Source: Bdellovibrionales bacterium (lineage in GTDB: Bacteria; Bdellovibrionota; Bdellovibrionia; Bdellovibrionales; JAMPXM01). Taken from it: a stretch of DNA of 40,413 nt. Where the stretch lies: NCBI GenBank assembly GCA_043785085.1, contig JAYVXN010000303.1, positions 1 to 40,413 of the forward strand, given 5' to 3'. Every line of letters begins with the position of its first letter. Position 1 is the first letter of the stretch. A program made the position numbers and the translations under genes. Shown here piece by piece: positions 8,939 through 18,442 of this stretch. Below the pieces are notes generated by a model, which worked only from the letters and a program-made list of their open reading frames with translations, made no database searches and was not told where the DNA came from.

Positions 8939-9688
8939 TTACCCAGATTCCAGCTCGCGAAGTTTACGAATATTCTGTTGCAAAATCGACTCAAGAACCC
9001 GCAATTCATCATGCGACGGAGAATTTTCAAGCAAGATTCGATTGAGGATTTTCGCGGCATTGACCCGTCGAGCGCTCAAATCAAAACCCAAGGTCTCAAG
9101 CCAGGTTTCAATGGTTTTCTCCGGAAAATACACCGGCCCCCGGCGCTGTACCGGCTGAACCACGTCACTCACTGGAAGTTTTCGACTCATGAAATCTTGT
9201 AAAATATAAACCGTAAGTAAAACCGCATGTGAGAGATTTAAACTCGTGAACTCACCATAGGTGGGTAGGCGACAAATGAAGTGCGCAAGGTGCATATCCT
9301 CAGTCGTCAGGCCATCGTCTTCTGGGCCGAAGATCAGATAAATCGGCAGCTCCGTACGAGTTAAAAATGGCGATTGAGCTTCCTGTAGTTTCTCAAGACG
9401 TTCAGCAAAGCACTCAGCTTCACGTAAGCGGCCGTCACGGGCGCTAAAGGCAAACCTCGCTCCTTCGCCTTCTTGCGCGTAAAACTCATCCCAGCTGCGA
9501 TATTTCTTGGCTTCCCGCAAAGGGCCTTGGGCACCGGCGGCACCTTGTCTGGCCTCTTCATCAAGCTCGCATTGCGGAGCGATTAAGATCAGTTGGCCCC
9601 CACCCATATTGGCTAAAGCGCGGGCCGCCATGCCGATATTGCGCGGATAAATTGTCCGGACTAAGACGACACTGATCAGGTGGTTCAT
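8939..9688 (-). CDS. SpoU/TrmH-family RNA 2'-O-methyltransferase (TrmJ-like)
   Basis: 249 aa ORF. The N-terminus ISVVLVRTIYPRNIGMAARALANMG and the IFGPEDDGL and LNLSHAV blocks are typical of SpoU methylases. Its start overlaps the stop of the upstream hydroxylase gene. Confidence 0.8.
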   Translation of the reverse strand: MNHLISVVLVRTIYPRNIGMAARALANMGGGQLILIAPQCELDEEARQGAAGAQGPLREAKKYRSWDEFYAQEGEGARFAFSARDGRLREAECFAERLEKLQEAQSPFLTRTELPIYLIFGPEDDGLTTEDMHLAHFICRLPTYGEFTSLNLSHAVLLTVYILQDFMSRKLPVSDVVQPVQRRGPVYFPEKTIETWLETLGFDLSARRVNAAKILNRILLENSPSHDELRVLESILQQNIRKLRELESG

Positions 9689-11385
9689 GGCATATTCACC
9701 AATCGCAGGCCATCTTCAATTTGCTCGCGAAATTCAGGATGAGCTTGTGCCAGTTTGCTAAGATTATCGCTCACTCGACTCGCCCAGTTCGCTTTCTGCG
9801 CTGTCGCGATTTCATAAATCTCAAGCTGGAGAAGCCAAGCTTGGGGGAAGCTTTCTTCGACCTGCTTTAGAATCTGCACAAGGCCCTCGGCTTGCGAACA
9901 CTCACGAAACTGTCGCACTGACTGATAAAGCTTGTGCAACTGAGTCTCACTGGATGAGGAAGTTCGGCTAGGAATTTTCTTCGCCACAAAATCTTCGGTT
10001 TGACCGAAATTCTCACGATCGGCAGCGCCACCGAAAACCGAGCGCACAGTCTCGCCAACGCCCATGTCAAAGCTTCCCCAGTCAGGAGAGAACAAAATCT
10101 CAGATCCTCTGGAGACTGTACAATTCTCAAAACTGATCAAGAGAAGTTTGCCGTTGCTGCCGCGTCGCCAACCGGTGACAGTGCCTTTGACTTGTACACC
10201 AGAGAGAAATTCCAATGTGGTGGGACGGCCTTTTTCTAAACCCATTTGGTCATCGCGCAAATCACTCAAAGCCTGAGCGCGGCCGCGCAAACGGCCCAAC
10301 GGGGTGCCAAAGCCTTGAGCGTGTGTGGCGATGCCATGACCGCTTAATTGTTGACCATTCTCACACAATTGCGTTGGTCCGGTAAATTGCAGGTAGAAAA
10401 CCGCGCCATCTTGTTTAAAGCCACTCAGCTGACCAGAAATCTGCAAGCCCGAGTCGAGTTCAACCGTGTTGACGGTCTCTGCTGCTTTTGCCTTCTGCAA
10501 TCCAGATAAGCCGCCTGTCTTATAGGCCATGGTTTCAGCCAATTGACCGAGCACCTCACCCAAGTGGGCAAATGACGGTGTCACAAAAAGTTGTGGCTGC
10601 GGCTCGGTGATATCATAGGCGTAGTTGATACAATCAAGGCTAAACGGGATTTTTTTAACTTTGTCAGAGAGACAATGACGGGCTTCTCCATAGGAAGACA
10701 GGAGGCCGGCACCGAAGATTTTTGGGTTTTCTAAAGTGCCGATCAAACCATACTCAGCAGTCCACCAATTCATGCGGCCAAGGATGGCGGCTTCAGAAAT
10801 CTCTGTGATACCCTTCGTGACCCGATCTAATTCTTGCTCAGCTGTCGAGATTTGCTCAGTCGTCGATGTCGGATCTTCTTTTAAATCAGATAAAATGCGA
10901 ATCGCCCCATACTGATCTAAATCGTGTTTATTTATTATCGCACGACGGGCCACTTGTGCATATTCTTTCAGATAGCCGGCAAAGGCCGCATCGACAAGAA
11001 TCGGAGCGTGTCCGGCGGCCTCATGAACTATATCGGGCGCCGGCGTATACATCAGGTGGCTGATGGTGCGCATATCCGAAGCAATCGGCAAAAGTCCGAG
11101 CGATTGCAATTCCATAAAAGCTGCGGGCGGAATAAAACCGCTGACCGGCACGGCTTGCCAACCGAATTTCCGCAGATGCTGGTTCATATTTTGGATATCG
11201 GGAATTCGTTCTACTTCAATGCCAGTCTTTTTCAAACCTTCGTTGTAAATTGGATGAGCATGCCGAGATAAAAAACTGTGAAGCTGGCGCATGATATAGC
11301 GCCAAACGGCTTGGTCAACTGGCGTGTAGCGGGAGTAATCCTGTTCTACGACGTATTTTTGCAAATGAAACGGAATCATGATCAC
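9685..11385 (-). CDS. phhA: long-form biopterin-dependent aromatic amino acid hydroxylase (phenylalanine-4-hydroxylase-like)
   Basis: 566 aa ORF. The N-terminal half carries PhhA blocks (YTPVDQAVWRYI, IPDIQNMNQHL, GWQAVPVSGFIPPAAF, YTPAPDIVHEAAGHAPIL). The C-terminal ~290 aa has no family that I recognise. Confidence 0.8.
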   Translation of the reverse strand: MIMIPFHLQKYVVEQDYSRYTPVDQAVWRYIMRQLHSFLSRHAHPIYNEGLKKTGIEVERIPDIQNMNQHLRKFGWQAVPVSGFIPPAAFMELQSLGLLPIASDMRTISHLMYTPAPDIVHEAAGHAPILVDAAFAGYLKEYAQVARRAIINKHDLDQYGAIRILSDLKEDPTSTTEQISTAEQELDRVTKGITEISEAAILGRMNWWTAEYGLIGTLENPKIFGAGLLSSYGEARHCLSDKVKKIPFSLDCINYAYDITEPQPQLFVTPSFAHLGEVLGQLAETMAYKTGGLSGLQKAKAAETVNTVELDSGLQISGQLSGFKQDGAVFYLQFTGPTQLCENGQQLSGHGIATHAQGFGTPLGRLRGRAQALSDLRDDQMGLEKGRPTTLEFLSGVQVKGTVTGWRRGSNGKLLLISFENCTVSRGSEILFSPDWGSFDMGVGETVRSVFGGAADRENFGQTEDFVAKKIPSRTSSSSETQLHKLYQSVRQFRECSQAEGLVQILKQVEESFPQAWLLQLEIYEIATAQKANWASRVSDNLSKLAQAHPEFREQIEDGLRLVNMP

Positions 11386-11393
11386 GACCTCGC

Positions 11394-12365
11394 TTATAAA
11401 TACTGATCGTCTTTAGTCAAATAACCCTGCACATAATCGGCAATGCCTTTTTCGAGCGGCCATTGCGGGGCCGACAAGCCCAACGCCATCAAGCGCGCCA
11501 TTTCCGCCTCGGTAAAATATTGGTACCGCGGGCGCATCTCTTCTGGAATATCAATCCAATCAATTTTCATTGGCAGTTGCAGATTTTGAAACGTGGCCGT
11601 GGCCAAATCCAGCCAGGAACGCGCTTGACCGAAGCCCATATTGTAGATTCCTGAAGTCGGTCGTTGACCCATGAGTTCGTTCATCCAGCGCGTGATATCC
11701 TTGACATAAATGAAATCCCGCAACTGCTGGCCATCGCCATAATTCGGATTGTGCGAACGAAACAATTTCAGAGAGCCCTGTTCTCGAATCTGGTGAAATG
11801 CTTTAAAAACGACACTTGCCATGTCTTGTTTAAAGTATTCATGGGGGCCGTAGACGTTGAAAAATCTGAGTCCATACCAGGCCGGCGGAGTCTGTTTCTG
11901 TACATCGGCCCATCGGTCAAAGGCTGCTTTGGATTCACCATAAGGATTTAAGGGGACAAAAACTTCTGGTGATGTGGCATCATCGAAGCCTTTTTCTCCA
12001 CCCCCATAGACTGCGCCACTGCTGGCGTAAATAAACGGGACGCGATTCTCGGTACACCACTGCCAAAGGCGCTGGGTATATTCGGTATTGTTTTCGCGTA
12101 AAAATTCGCTATTGAGTTCAGTCGTCGAGGAGCAAGCACCCATATGTATAATCCACTCAACATTGGCCTTCGCTTCGGGAGTTTTGAGAAACCCCCAAAG
12201 TTCGTCTTTCAGAAAGAAGCGTGCAAACAGGCGTTTTTTTAAGAGACTGGGGCGATCCTTGATTGCAACTGAATCGACACAGATGATATTTTTCACACCA
12301 CGCCGGTTGAGTTCCCAGACAAAGGCGCTACCTATAAATCCATTGGCTCCCGTAACAATAATCAT
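11394..12365 (-). CDS. hldD: ADP-L-glycero-D-manno-heptose 6-epimerase
   Basis: MIIVTGANGFIGSAFV...HMGACSSTTE...FIYASSGAVYG... matches HldD/RfaD end to end. 323 aa. Confidence 0.9.
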   Translation of the reverse strand: MIIVTGANGFIGSAFVWELNRRGVKNIICVDSVAIKDRPSLLKKRLFARFFLKDELWGFLKTPEAKANVEWIIHMGACSSTTELNSEFLRENNTEYTQRLWQWCTENRVPFIYASSGAVYGGGEKGFDDATSPEVFVPLNPYGESKAAFDRWADVQKQTPPAWYGLRFFNVYGPHEYFKQDMASVVFKAFHQIREQGSLKLFRSHNPNYGDGQQLRDFIYVKDITRWMNELMGQRPTSGIYNMGFGQARSWLDLATATFQNLQLPMKIDWIDIPEEMRPRYQYFTEAEMARLMALGLSAPQWPLEKGIADYVQGYLTKDDQYL

Positions 12366-12495
12366 TCCAAGGTTTTACCCTCTGACTAGGAAATACACAA
12401 GTGTCGGCAGAGCGATCAGCGTGACAATTTTGGCTTGGCACTGTACAGCGAACTATGGCATCTTCGGATCTCAATCCAGTGTGGTAAAATAACTT

Positions 12496-13218
12496 ATGGT
12501 GAATCGGTTTCAAACGCAGCAGTTCGATTTTGAATGGATTCCGGCTTCGAGCCGTGTGCCTCGCGATCAGCAAAAAGTCATGATTGTGCTGCATGGCCGT
12601 GGTGATTCATTGGATTCGTTTCGCTCAGTTAAGAGCGACTTACGTCTGCCGCAAATGAATTACCTGCTCCTGAATGCCCCCCGAAATTATGATGGTGGCT
12701 TTAGCTGGTATGCCTTTGAACCGAACCAGGGGCCTGGGATTAAAAAAGCCCGAATTAAGCTGTTTGCTTTGATGGCTGAACTTGAGGCCTCCGGATGGAC
12801 GTCTGAGGACGTGTTTTTTATTGGATTTTCGCAAGGTTGTGTGGTCAGTGCTGACTTCGGAATGCATTACCCAAAACCTCTCGGTGGAATCATCGGCATC
12901 AGCGGCTATATTTATTTCTTCCCGGCTTGGAAAAAGACTTTAACCGCGGCGGCGTTTCACACTCCGTGGTTGGTGACGCACGGTTTTTTTGATGACTTAC
13001 TGCCATTGGCTGAGACCCGTCACCATATCGATCAGTTGCATTCAGTGGGCTTGCCGGTTGAATTTCGTGAATTCAATAAAGAGCATGAAATTGACGAGGA
13101 ATTCGAGATCCCCTTTATACGGCGCTGGCTACTGGCGCGTCTGCCGAAGGCCAGGGGCCTTAAACGACCTTTAACCCCGAAATCACGAGCGCTAGGCCAG
13201 CGTGCGGTCCTGTACTAG
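12496..13218 (+). CDS. alpha/beta hydrolase, phospholipase/carboxylesterase family
   Basis: 240 aa ORF with LHGRGDS, the nucleophile elbow GFSQG, and late HG..D and H residues typical of the Abhydrolase_2 family. Confidence 0.8.
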   Translation: MVNRFQTQQFDFEWIPASSRVPRDQQKVMIVLHGRGDSLDSFRSVKSDLRLPQMNYLLLNAPRNYDGGFSWYAFEPNQGPGIKKARIKLFALMAELEASGWTSEDVFFIGFSQGCVVSADFGMHYPKPLGGIIGISGYIYFFPAWKKTLTAAAFHTPWLVTHGFFDDLLPLAETRHHIDQLHSVGLPVEFREFNKEHEIDEEFEIPFIRRWLLARLPKARGLKRPLTPKSRALGQRAVLY

Positions 13219-15126
13219 CTATATTTCGTCTTCAAATTCAATGGATAGAGTCAGCAAGTTTTGAAACAGCTGACCAATCGGGGACTGCAAACTAATCAGT
13301 CGCGCGGTGCGGGTTTTCACGGTCGGCACTTGATAATCGGTATAGAGCTCAACAGCCTTTTGAATATCAGCGGGACTCATGCCTCGCCGTTTTGCCTTGA
13401 GAATTGCGTCAATAAGAAATTCGGCACCGTTTCCGGTGATTCGACCGTTTTTATTTTCCATTTGGGCTAGGGCGTTAAGGTCTTTGAGATGTGTCATGTT
13501 AGGCTTTTCACCAAATGCTCTCCGCAAGATTGTGCAATAAGAAGCAACAAAGTTGCGGATTTTGCCGCGAAGATTGGGCGTCAGTCGGGTGTCGTAGCGT
13601 TTCGCAAACGACGACGTCATTAAATCCAAAATATCTTCGTCTGCCATCAGATCTTCACAATGTGCGAAATCATCAACTTTGATGAGCATATTCGGCAGCT
13701 CTCGTAAGACCGCACGCATTTTAAAAACAGCGGGACGATTGACGCCGTCGGGTAGTCGGCGCGTTTTACCTTTGGTCTTGGTCTTTTCTAGAACCAAAAA
13801 AGTTTGATAGAGAGATTCACTCTGGAGGGGAGATCTTTGCAAGAGTGCGGTGATTTGCTTACTCGTGAAGCCGATCTGTTTGAGAAAAAACTCGCGGCAG
13901 CTCCGTTCGAAAATCGCGTCGAACTTATTTAAGACCGGATGGTTTTGGAACCGATTCAAAGGCCGTCTTTTTCGCGATTTTAAAAATGCGACCAGCTGAA
14001 TAAATACTCGTACGGTTTGTCTTGCCTTGATCCGCTGTTCATTGAGATTGGTCGAAAAACGTTGCACGTCATCGTAACGATATTGATCATGGCGTAGACC
14101 AAATTGGCGAATACTTCCATAGTCAATAATGCCGGCATCCGCCAACACGTTGTCGCCATCCCAGTCCATCCAAGCAAAGATATAGTTTCGCTCAAGTTGG
14201 GCGGCAAAACGGGCAAAACCAGCGCAAACTTCATTGAGCATTAAATCATAGCGATCAGAGCTTGCCGGATTGAAATGCCAGCGGCCATTGGCCACCTGGC
14301 GCTCAATCAAATAATCGGTGGCTCGTTTCAAAGACCGATAGCGCCCTTGTTTTAAATGCAAAAAGAGGTGAGCTGGACGAATAAGATTCAAAGCGGCACG
14401 TACGCCAATTCCCACGCCTTTACCGAGATCAATGATCGTTAGAACTCGCTCGGTTTGTACGCCTTGAAGGTGAAAAATCTCAGACATCAAAGCAGACCCG
14501 TAAAGTTCATCGACGTCGGCCATGCCACAGCCGTAACCAAAATCAGTGGCCCCGGTTTGCAAAGGTCGATTGGCCTCAACGGCACCTGGCGCGAGTGAGG
14601 TGACACCTGTGCCACGGCTGCTGACGTCCCAGGTGCGACCAGCATGTCGAATGCTGCCATTCCAAATGCTTCGGCCATCGCCAGAGGTCTTGCCTTGTTT
14701 GTTGGAATGCTGCAGCTGCAAGTATCGAGTAGCCATAAAGTTATTTGGTTTAATCAATTCACTGGGTACGGGTAGGCCATTTTGTTGGTCAAACTCATTG
14801 ATGATTTGGATGGCAAAGGTCTCAAGAATCTTTTCCTGAAGCGATTGAGACAATTCATGAGCATGATGGGCTGGGATCAGGCCCATTTCTTTGGCGAGCT
14901 GAAAGTTAAAATAAATGACCTGGCCACGACCAATATTGCGAACTGGGTACGAAATAAATCCGTCTGGAACTGCGTCCTGCCAAGGATGGGTGCCATCGAG
15001 CTCATTGAATTTGCTATAAATATCCGTCTGCGAAGAAGTTGAGGTTTTAACCTCGCGCCGAGGATTTGGATTTTTATGCACTTCGCGCTTTGACATTCGT
15101 CCGTTGTTCTCCCAAGTGGTGCCCAT
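13219..15126 (-). CDS. divergent SelO/YdiU (UPF0061)-like protein, putative AMPylating pseudokinase-fold enzyme
   Basis: 635 aa ORF. The blocks GDGRS, WDVSSRGTGVT, SALMSEIFHLQGVQTERVL, IRPAHLF and FAWMDWDGDNVLADAGIIDYGS are collinear with SelO blocks (GDGRA, LKGAGxTP, SEA..LGIPTTR, LRFGHF, HGVMNTDN...LDYG). The assignment is by motif recognition only. Confidence 0.6.
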   Translation of the reverse strand: MGTTWENNGRMSKREVHKNPNPRREVKTSTSSQTDIYSKFNELDGTHPWQDAVPDGFISYPVRNIGRGQVIYFNFQLAKEMGLIPAHHAHELSQSLQEKILETFAIQIINEFDQQNGLPVPSELIKPNNFMATRYLQLQHSNKQGKTSGDGRSIWNGSIRHAGRTWDVSSRGTGVTSLAPGAVEANRPLQTGATDFGYGCGMADVDELYGSALMSEIFHLQGVQTERVLTIIDLGKGVGIGVRAALNLIRPAHLFLHLKQGRYRSLKRATDYLIERQVANGRWHFNPASSDRYDLMLNEVCAGFARFAAQLERNYIFAWMDWDGDNVLADAGIIDYGSIRQFGLRHDQYRYDDVQRFSTNLNEQRIKARQTVRVFIQLVAFLKSRKRRPLNRFQNHPVLNKFDAIFERSCREFFLKQIGFTSKQITALLQRSPLQSESLYQTFLVLEKTKTKGKTRRLPDGVNRPAVFKMRAVLRELPNMLIKVDDFAHCEDLMADEDILDLMTSSFAKRYDTRLTPNLRGKIRNFVASYCTILRRAFGEKPNMTHLKDLNALAQMENKNGRITGNGAEFLIDAILKAKRRGMSPADIQKAVELYTDYQVPTVKTRTARLISLQSPIGQLFQNLLTLSIEFEDEI

Positions 15127-15217
15127 CGTAGGGGTGCATTAAACTTATCGGATGAATGTCGCAGCACTTTAATCGTGATTGGAAAATCTAGGTCTAGGCA
15201 AGCCTTTAAAGCCGTTT

Positions 15218-16369
15218 TTATATAAACTCAATGGCAGTCAGGCCGCCGCCAGGAGTGTTCACGTTGGTCATTTGCCCTTGGTAGAGGCGCGCGGCCAGCA
15301 ATTGGATTTTATTTTGGTAGGCGTAGAAGCGCAGATCGACTTTAAATTCCAAATCGCCCAAGACCACTTTTGAGGCCGGCACATATTCTTGAGCTAGGTA
15401 ATTGCCCTGCAAAATCGTTTTAAAGGCTGATTTGGTGACAGAGGCACCTTTGTAGGTCGCTTTTCCACCAAACGATTGGGTGGGTTTGAAAAATAGGTTT
15501 TTCCGTCTTTGCCAGAATTCCTCTGGATGAGGGTGTTGACTCACGGAGTGCGCCGGAATCAAAGCCGCTTCGAGTGCCGATCGATCATTATGACTCAGAT
15601 TGAAACGTGCTAAAGCATTCGACTGCGAGAGCTCTAGGATGCGATTTTTATCGGCCAGGAGCAGATATTCACGGGGATTCGGAGTCAGGCAAAGTTTCTG
15701 AGAAAAATAAGCCTGACGTATGTTCTGGACTTCTGGCTTTTGCAGGAAAAAATCTGTGTGCCGGTTGTAAATTAAATTAATTTTGGAGAGATTGGCTTCT
15801 GTCGGATCAAGGATTTCGGCGTGGTAGCCTCGAGTTTTAAAAAGCTCCTGATAAAGCAGAAATTCAATAAAAAGACGCTGCGTGGACGGCTTTTCATCGA
15901 CGATGGCGATACTCGTTAGTGGCCCCTGAGCGCCTGAAAGTCGAAATTCATTTTCAAAAGTCGTCATGATTTCGTTGCGAAAACCGGTACTGAAGGGATG
16001 GCTCACTCCTTGCGCTTCATAGAGTAAATCCGTGAGCAGAGAGCTCGAGGCATTGGTGTTGATTTCAATGAGTTTTAGTTGGCCTTGGTCATTGATATGA
16101 AAATCATAACTCATCAGAGCAGAAAAGTTCTGTGCACCTGAGCGCCACTCTGGAAACTGCGCGAAGGTCGCATCTTGGTACTCGGGCTTCATGCGCAAAT
16201 TAAAAAATGCCGCGACAATGTTTTGCGCTTGCGTTTGAATGGTACGCGGAAGTCTTAATACATGCGGTGAAACCAGATTGGCGGACAGTCGTTCTCGGAG
16301 ATTTGGCGAGTTCGCAGTCTCTGGATAGTGCTGCCTTAAAACTTCCAAATATCGATCGTAAAAAGACAT
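15218..16369 (-). CDS. ATP-grasp-fold ligase-like protein, specificity unknown
   Basis: 383 aa ORF. SYDFHINDQGQLKLIEINTNAS, FFKPTQSFGGKATYKG, YLAQEYVP and the C-terminal VDLRFYAY...ARLYQGQMTNVNTPGGG resemble ATP-grasp / glutathionylspermidine-synthase-like ligases. Confidence 0.5.
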   Translation of the reverse strand: MSFYDRYLEVLRQHYPETANSPNLRERLSANLVSPHVLRLPRTIQTQAQNIVAAFFNLRMKPEYQDATFAQFPEWRSGAQNFSALMSYDFHINDQGQLKLIEINTNASSSLLTDLLYEAQGVSHPFSTGFRNEIMTTFENEFRLSGAQGPLTSIAIVDEKPSTQRLFIEFLLYQELFKTRGYHAEILDPTEANLSKINLIYNRHTDFFLQKPEVQNIRQAYFSQKLCLTPNPREYLLLADKNRILELSQSNALARFNLSHNDRSALEAALIPAHSVSQHPHPEEFWQRRKNLFFKPTQSFGGKATYKGASVTKSAFKTILQGNYLAQEYVPASKVVLGDLEFKVDLRFYAYQNKIQLLAARLYQGQMTNVNTPGGGLTAIEFI

Positions 16370-16426
16370 ATGCCACCAAAAAACAAATCCGCCCTCTGAA
16401 GGCTCAGAAGGCGGTCGAGAAATTGA

Positions 16427-16951
16427 CTATCGAGCGCTGACGAATTTCTCGCCTGGCTTCCAGCCGGCTCCGCAGAGCTCGCCAGTTTGCAGACCCTTGA
16501 CCACTCGCAGGATTTCAGCTGCATCACGGCCGACATCGAGGTTGTGAATGCCCATATACTGAATTTTTTGTTCTGGATCGATCACGAAAGTGCCGCGAGT
16601 CGCGATACCTTTGTCTTCAAGAAGCACACCGTAGTCTCGAGCCACACGTTTAGTAATATCACCCAGCAAGGGGTAGCCGAGGTTTTTCAAATCATCTTTC
16701 ACCCAGCGTTTATGCGAGTGGACTGAGTCGACTGAACAACCGACGACTTCAGCGCCGGCTTCACGGAAGGCTTTCACATTGTCGCGGAACTGCGTCAGTT
16801 CTGTCGGACAAACGAAAGTGAAATCGAGAGGGTAGAAAAACAAAACCACCCATTTGCCTTTGTAGTCGGCAAGGCTGATGTCTTTAAACTCACCACCGTC
16901 CACGAGGGCGGCACATTTAAACTGCGGAGCTGGTTGTCCGATCATCGGCAT
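16427..16951 (-). CDS. typical 2-Cys peroxiredoxin (AhpC/Prx1 family)
   Basis: Peroxidatic motif FYPLDFTFVCPTE and the resolving-Cys region GELCGAGWKPG. 174 aa. Confidence 0.9.
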   Translation of the reverse strand: MPMIGQPAPQFKCAALVDGGEFKDISLADYKGKWVVLFFYPLDFTFVCPTELTQFRDNVKAFREAGAEVVGCSVDSVHSHKRWVKDDLKNLGYPLLGDITKRVARDYGVLLEDKGIATRGTFVIDPEQKIQYMGIHNLDVGRDAAEILRVVKGLQTGELCGAGWKPGEKFVSAR

Positions 16952-17065
16952 TTAATTCTCCTTTTCAAGTTGAACGTCCATTAGTTGCCATAGATTTGGC
17001 TGCCCAGCAAGCTTGTGTTCTTTGACGTGCTTCGCTATAACGACTCCCAGTGGAGGAATGCAAGC

Positions 17066-17836
17066 GTGAAGATCATTACCTGGAATGTGAACGGAATTCG
17101 GGCGGTCTATAAAAAAGGCTTTATTGAATTCGTCGAGCGCGAGGAACCGGATCTGCTTTGTTTGCAAGAGACTAAGGCGCATCCGGAACAATGTGAGCCG
17201 GCCTTGCTCCATCCGGCTGGGATGAAAGGATTTTGGTCCTCTGCTGTGCGGCGCGGATACTCAGGTGTGGCAACTTTTGTGAAATCCGATCCGAAAAATG
17301 TCGCCTACGGCTGGGGCATCACACTATATGAAGCCGAAGGCCGCATCGTCATTACGGAGCATCAGGACTTTAAACTCTATAATATTTATTTTCCAAATGG
17401 CGGATCTGGACAAGAACGTCATGATTTTAAACAAAAGTTTCTCGCGGATCTCAATGCGCATTTAAAGCCACTTGTTGAAAGTGGCGAAAAAATCATCGTC
17501 GTCGGCGACTACAATGTGGCGTACTTGCAAATCGATGTTCATGACCCCGTTCGCCTCAGTAAGGAAAGTGGCTTTTTACCGGAAGAACGAAGCTGGTTCG
17601 AGTCATTCTTGGAGCTGGGCTTTATTGATACTTTCCGACATTTTTATCCCAACGAGCCCGAGCAATACACATGGTGGGATTACCGAACTCGCGCACGCAT
17701 CGCCAATCGCGGCTGGAGAATTGATCATATTTGTGTCACCGCAAATTTGCTGCCGCAATTAGTGCGAGCGCAAATTCTTGCCGGCCAAGAAGGATCGGAT
17801 CATTGTCCGGTTCTTTTGGAAATTAAAGGGGAGTGA
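17066..17836 (+). CDS. xthA: exodeoxyribonuclease III
   Basis: The GTG at 17066 has GGAGG 9 nt upstream and gives (M)KIITWNVNGIRA...LCLQETKA...WRIDHI...GSDHCPV, the canonical ExoIII/AP endonuclease pattern. The track ORF start at 17015 is probably too far upstream. Confidence 0.9.
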   Translation: MKIITWNVNGIRAVYKKGFIEFVEREEPDLLCLQETKAHPEQCEPALLHPAGMKGFWSSAVRRGYSGVATFVKSDPKNVAYGWGITLYEAEGRIVITEHQDFKLYNIYFPNGGSGQERHDFKQKFLADLNAHLKPLVESGEKIIVVGDYNVAYLQIDVHDPVRLSKESGFLPEERSWFESFLELGFIDTFRHFYPNEPEQYTWWDYRTRARIANRGWRIDHICVTANLLPQLVRAQILAGQEGSDHCPVLLEIKGE

Positions 17837-18363
17837 AAGTGATTTTTTTCCTGTTCATTGTTTACCCCATTCTAGAAATTTATACGCTCTATTACGTGGG
17901 TTCAATTATCGGTATGTGGCCGCTGTTTTTGTTTCTGGTTTTTTCGGCCTTCATTGGTTTTAACATCGTCAAATCCCACAGCCGACAATTATTGGGACAG
18001 CTGCAAACTCAGGTGGCCAGTGGCAAAGAACCGACCAAGGCCATGCTTCAGGGCCTCTTGGTTTTTTTGGGTGGTGCTTTGTTGGTTGTCCCGGGGATCA
18101 TCAGCGATTTTCTAGGGCTTATGTGTATTCTGCCCGGAACGCGCCATTTAATGGCCCTGCTGTTGCAAAAATATTTGGCTAAAAAAATTCGCCAAGGGTC
18201 CTTTCGCTTTCAGCAGATGGGGCCCTTTCAGTTTGCCGGCGGGGGTTCGTTCAAATGGCCAGGTGGTCCTGAGGGTGGTCCCACGGGAGAACGGGATGTC
18301 TCGCCAAAGGTGATTGATGTCGTGCCGTTATCGTCGACCACAGAATCAAAGCCTGAAAACTAG
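17833..18363 (+). CDS. fxsA: FxsA-family inner membrane protein
   Basis: 176 aa ORF with hydrophobic N-terminal helices and the block VVPGIISDFLGLMCILPGTRH that is characteristic of FxsA. The GTG start overlaps the xthA stop. Confidence 0.75.
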   Translation: MKVIFFLFIVYPILEIYTLYYVGSIIGMWPLFLFLVFSAFIGFNIVKSHSRQLLGQLQTQVASGKEPTKAMLQGLLVFLGGALLVVPGIISDFLGLMCILPGTRHLMALLLQKYLAKKIRQGSFRFQQMGPFQFAGGGSFKWPGGPEGGPTGERDVSPKVIDVVPLSSTTESKPEN

Positions 18364-18374
18364 AAGTCAGTCCC

Positions 18375-18442
18375 GCGCCGTACGAAGCGCCGTGCGAAGC
18401 GCCGTGCGAAGCGCCGTGCGAAGCGCCGTGCGAAGCGCCGTA
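18375..18442. repeat. 12 bp tandem repeat, about 5.7 copies (GCGCCGTGCGAA)
   Basis: Read directly: GCGCCGTACGAA once, GCGCCGTGCGAA four times, then a partial GCGCCGTA. The array is intergenic, starting 12 nt after the fxsA stop. Confidence 0.9.
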
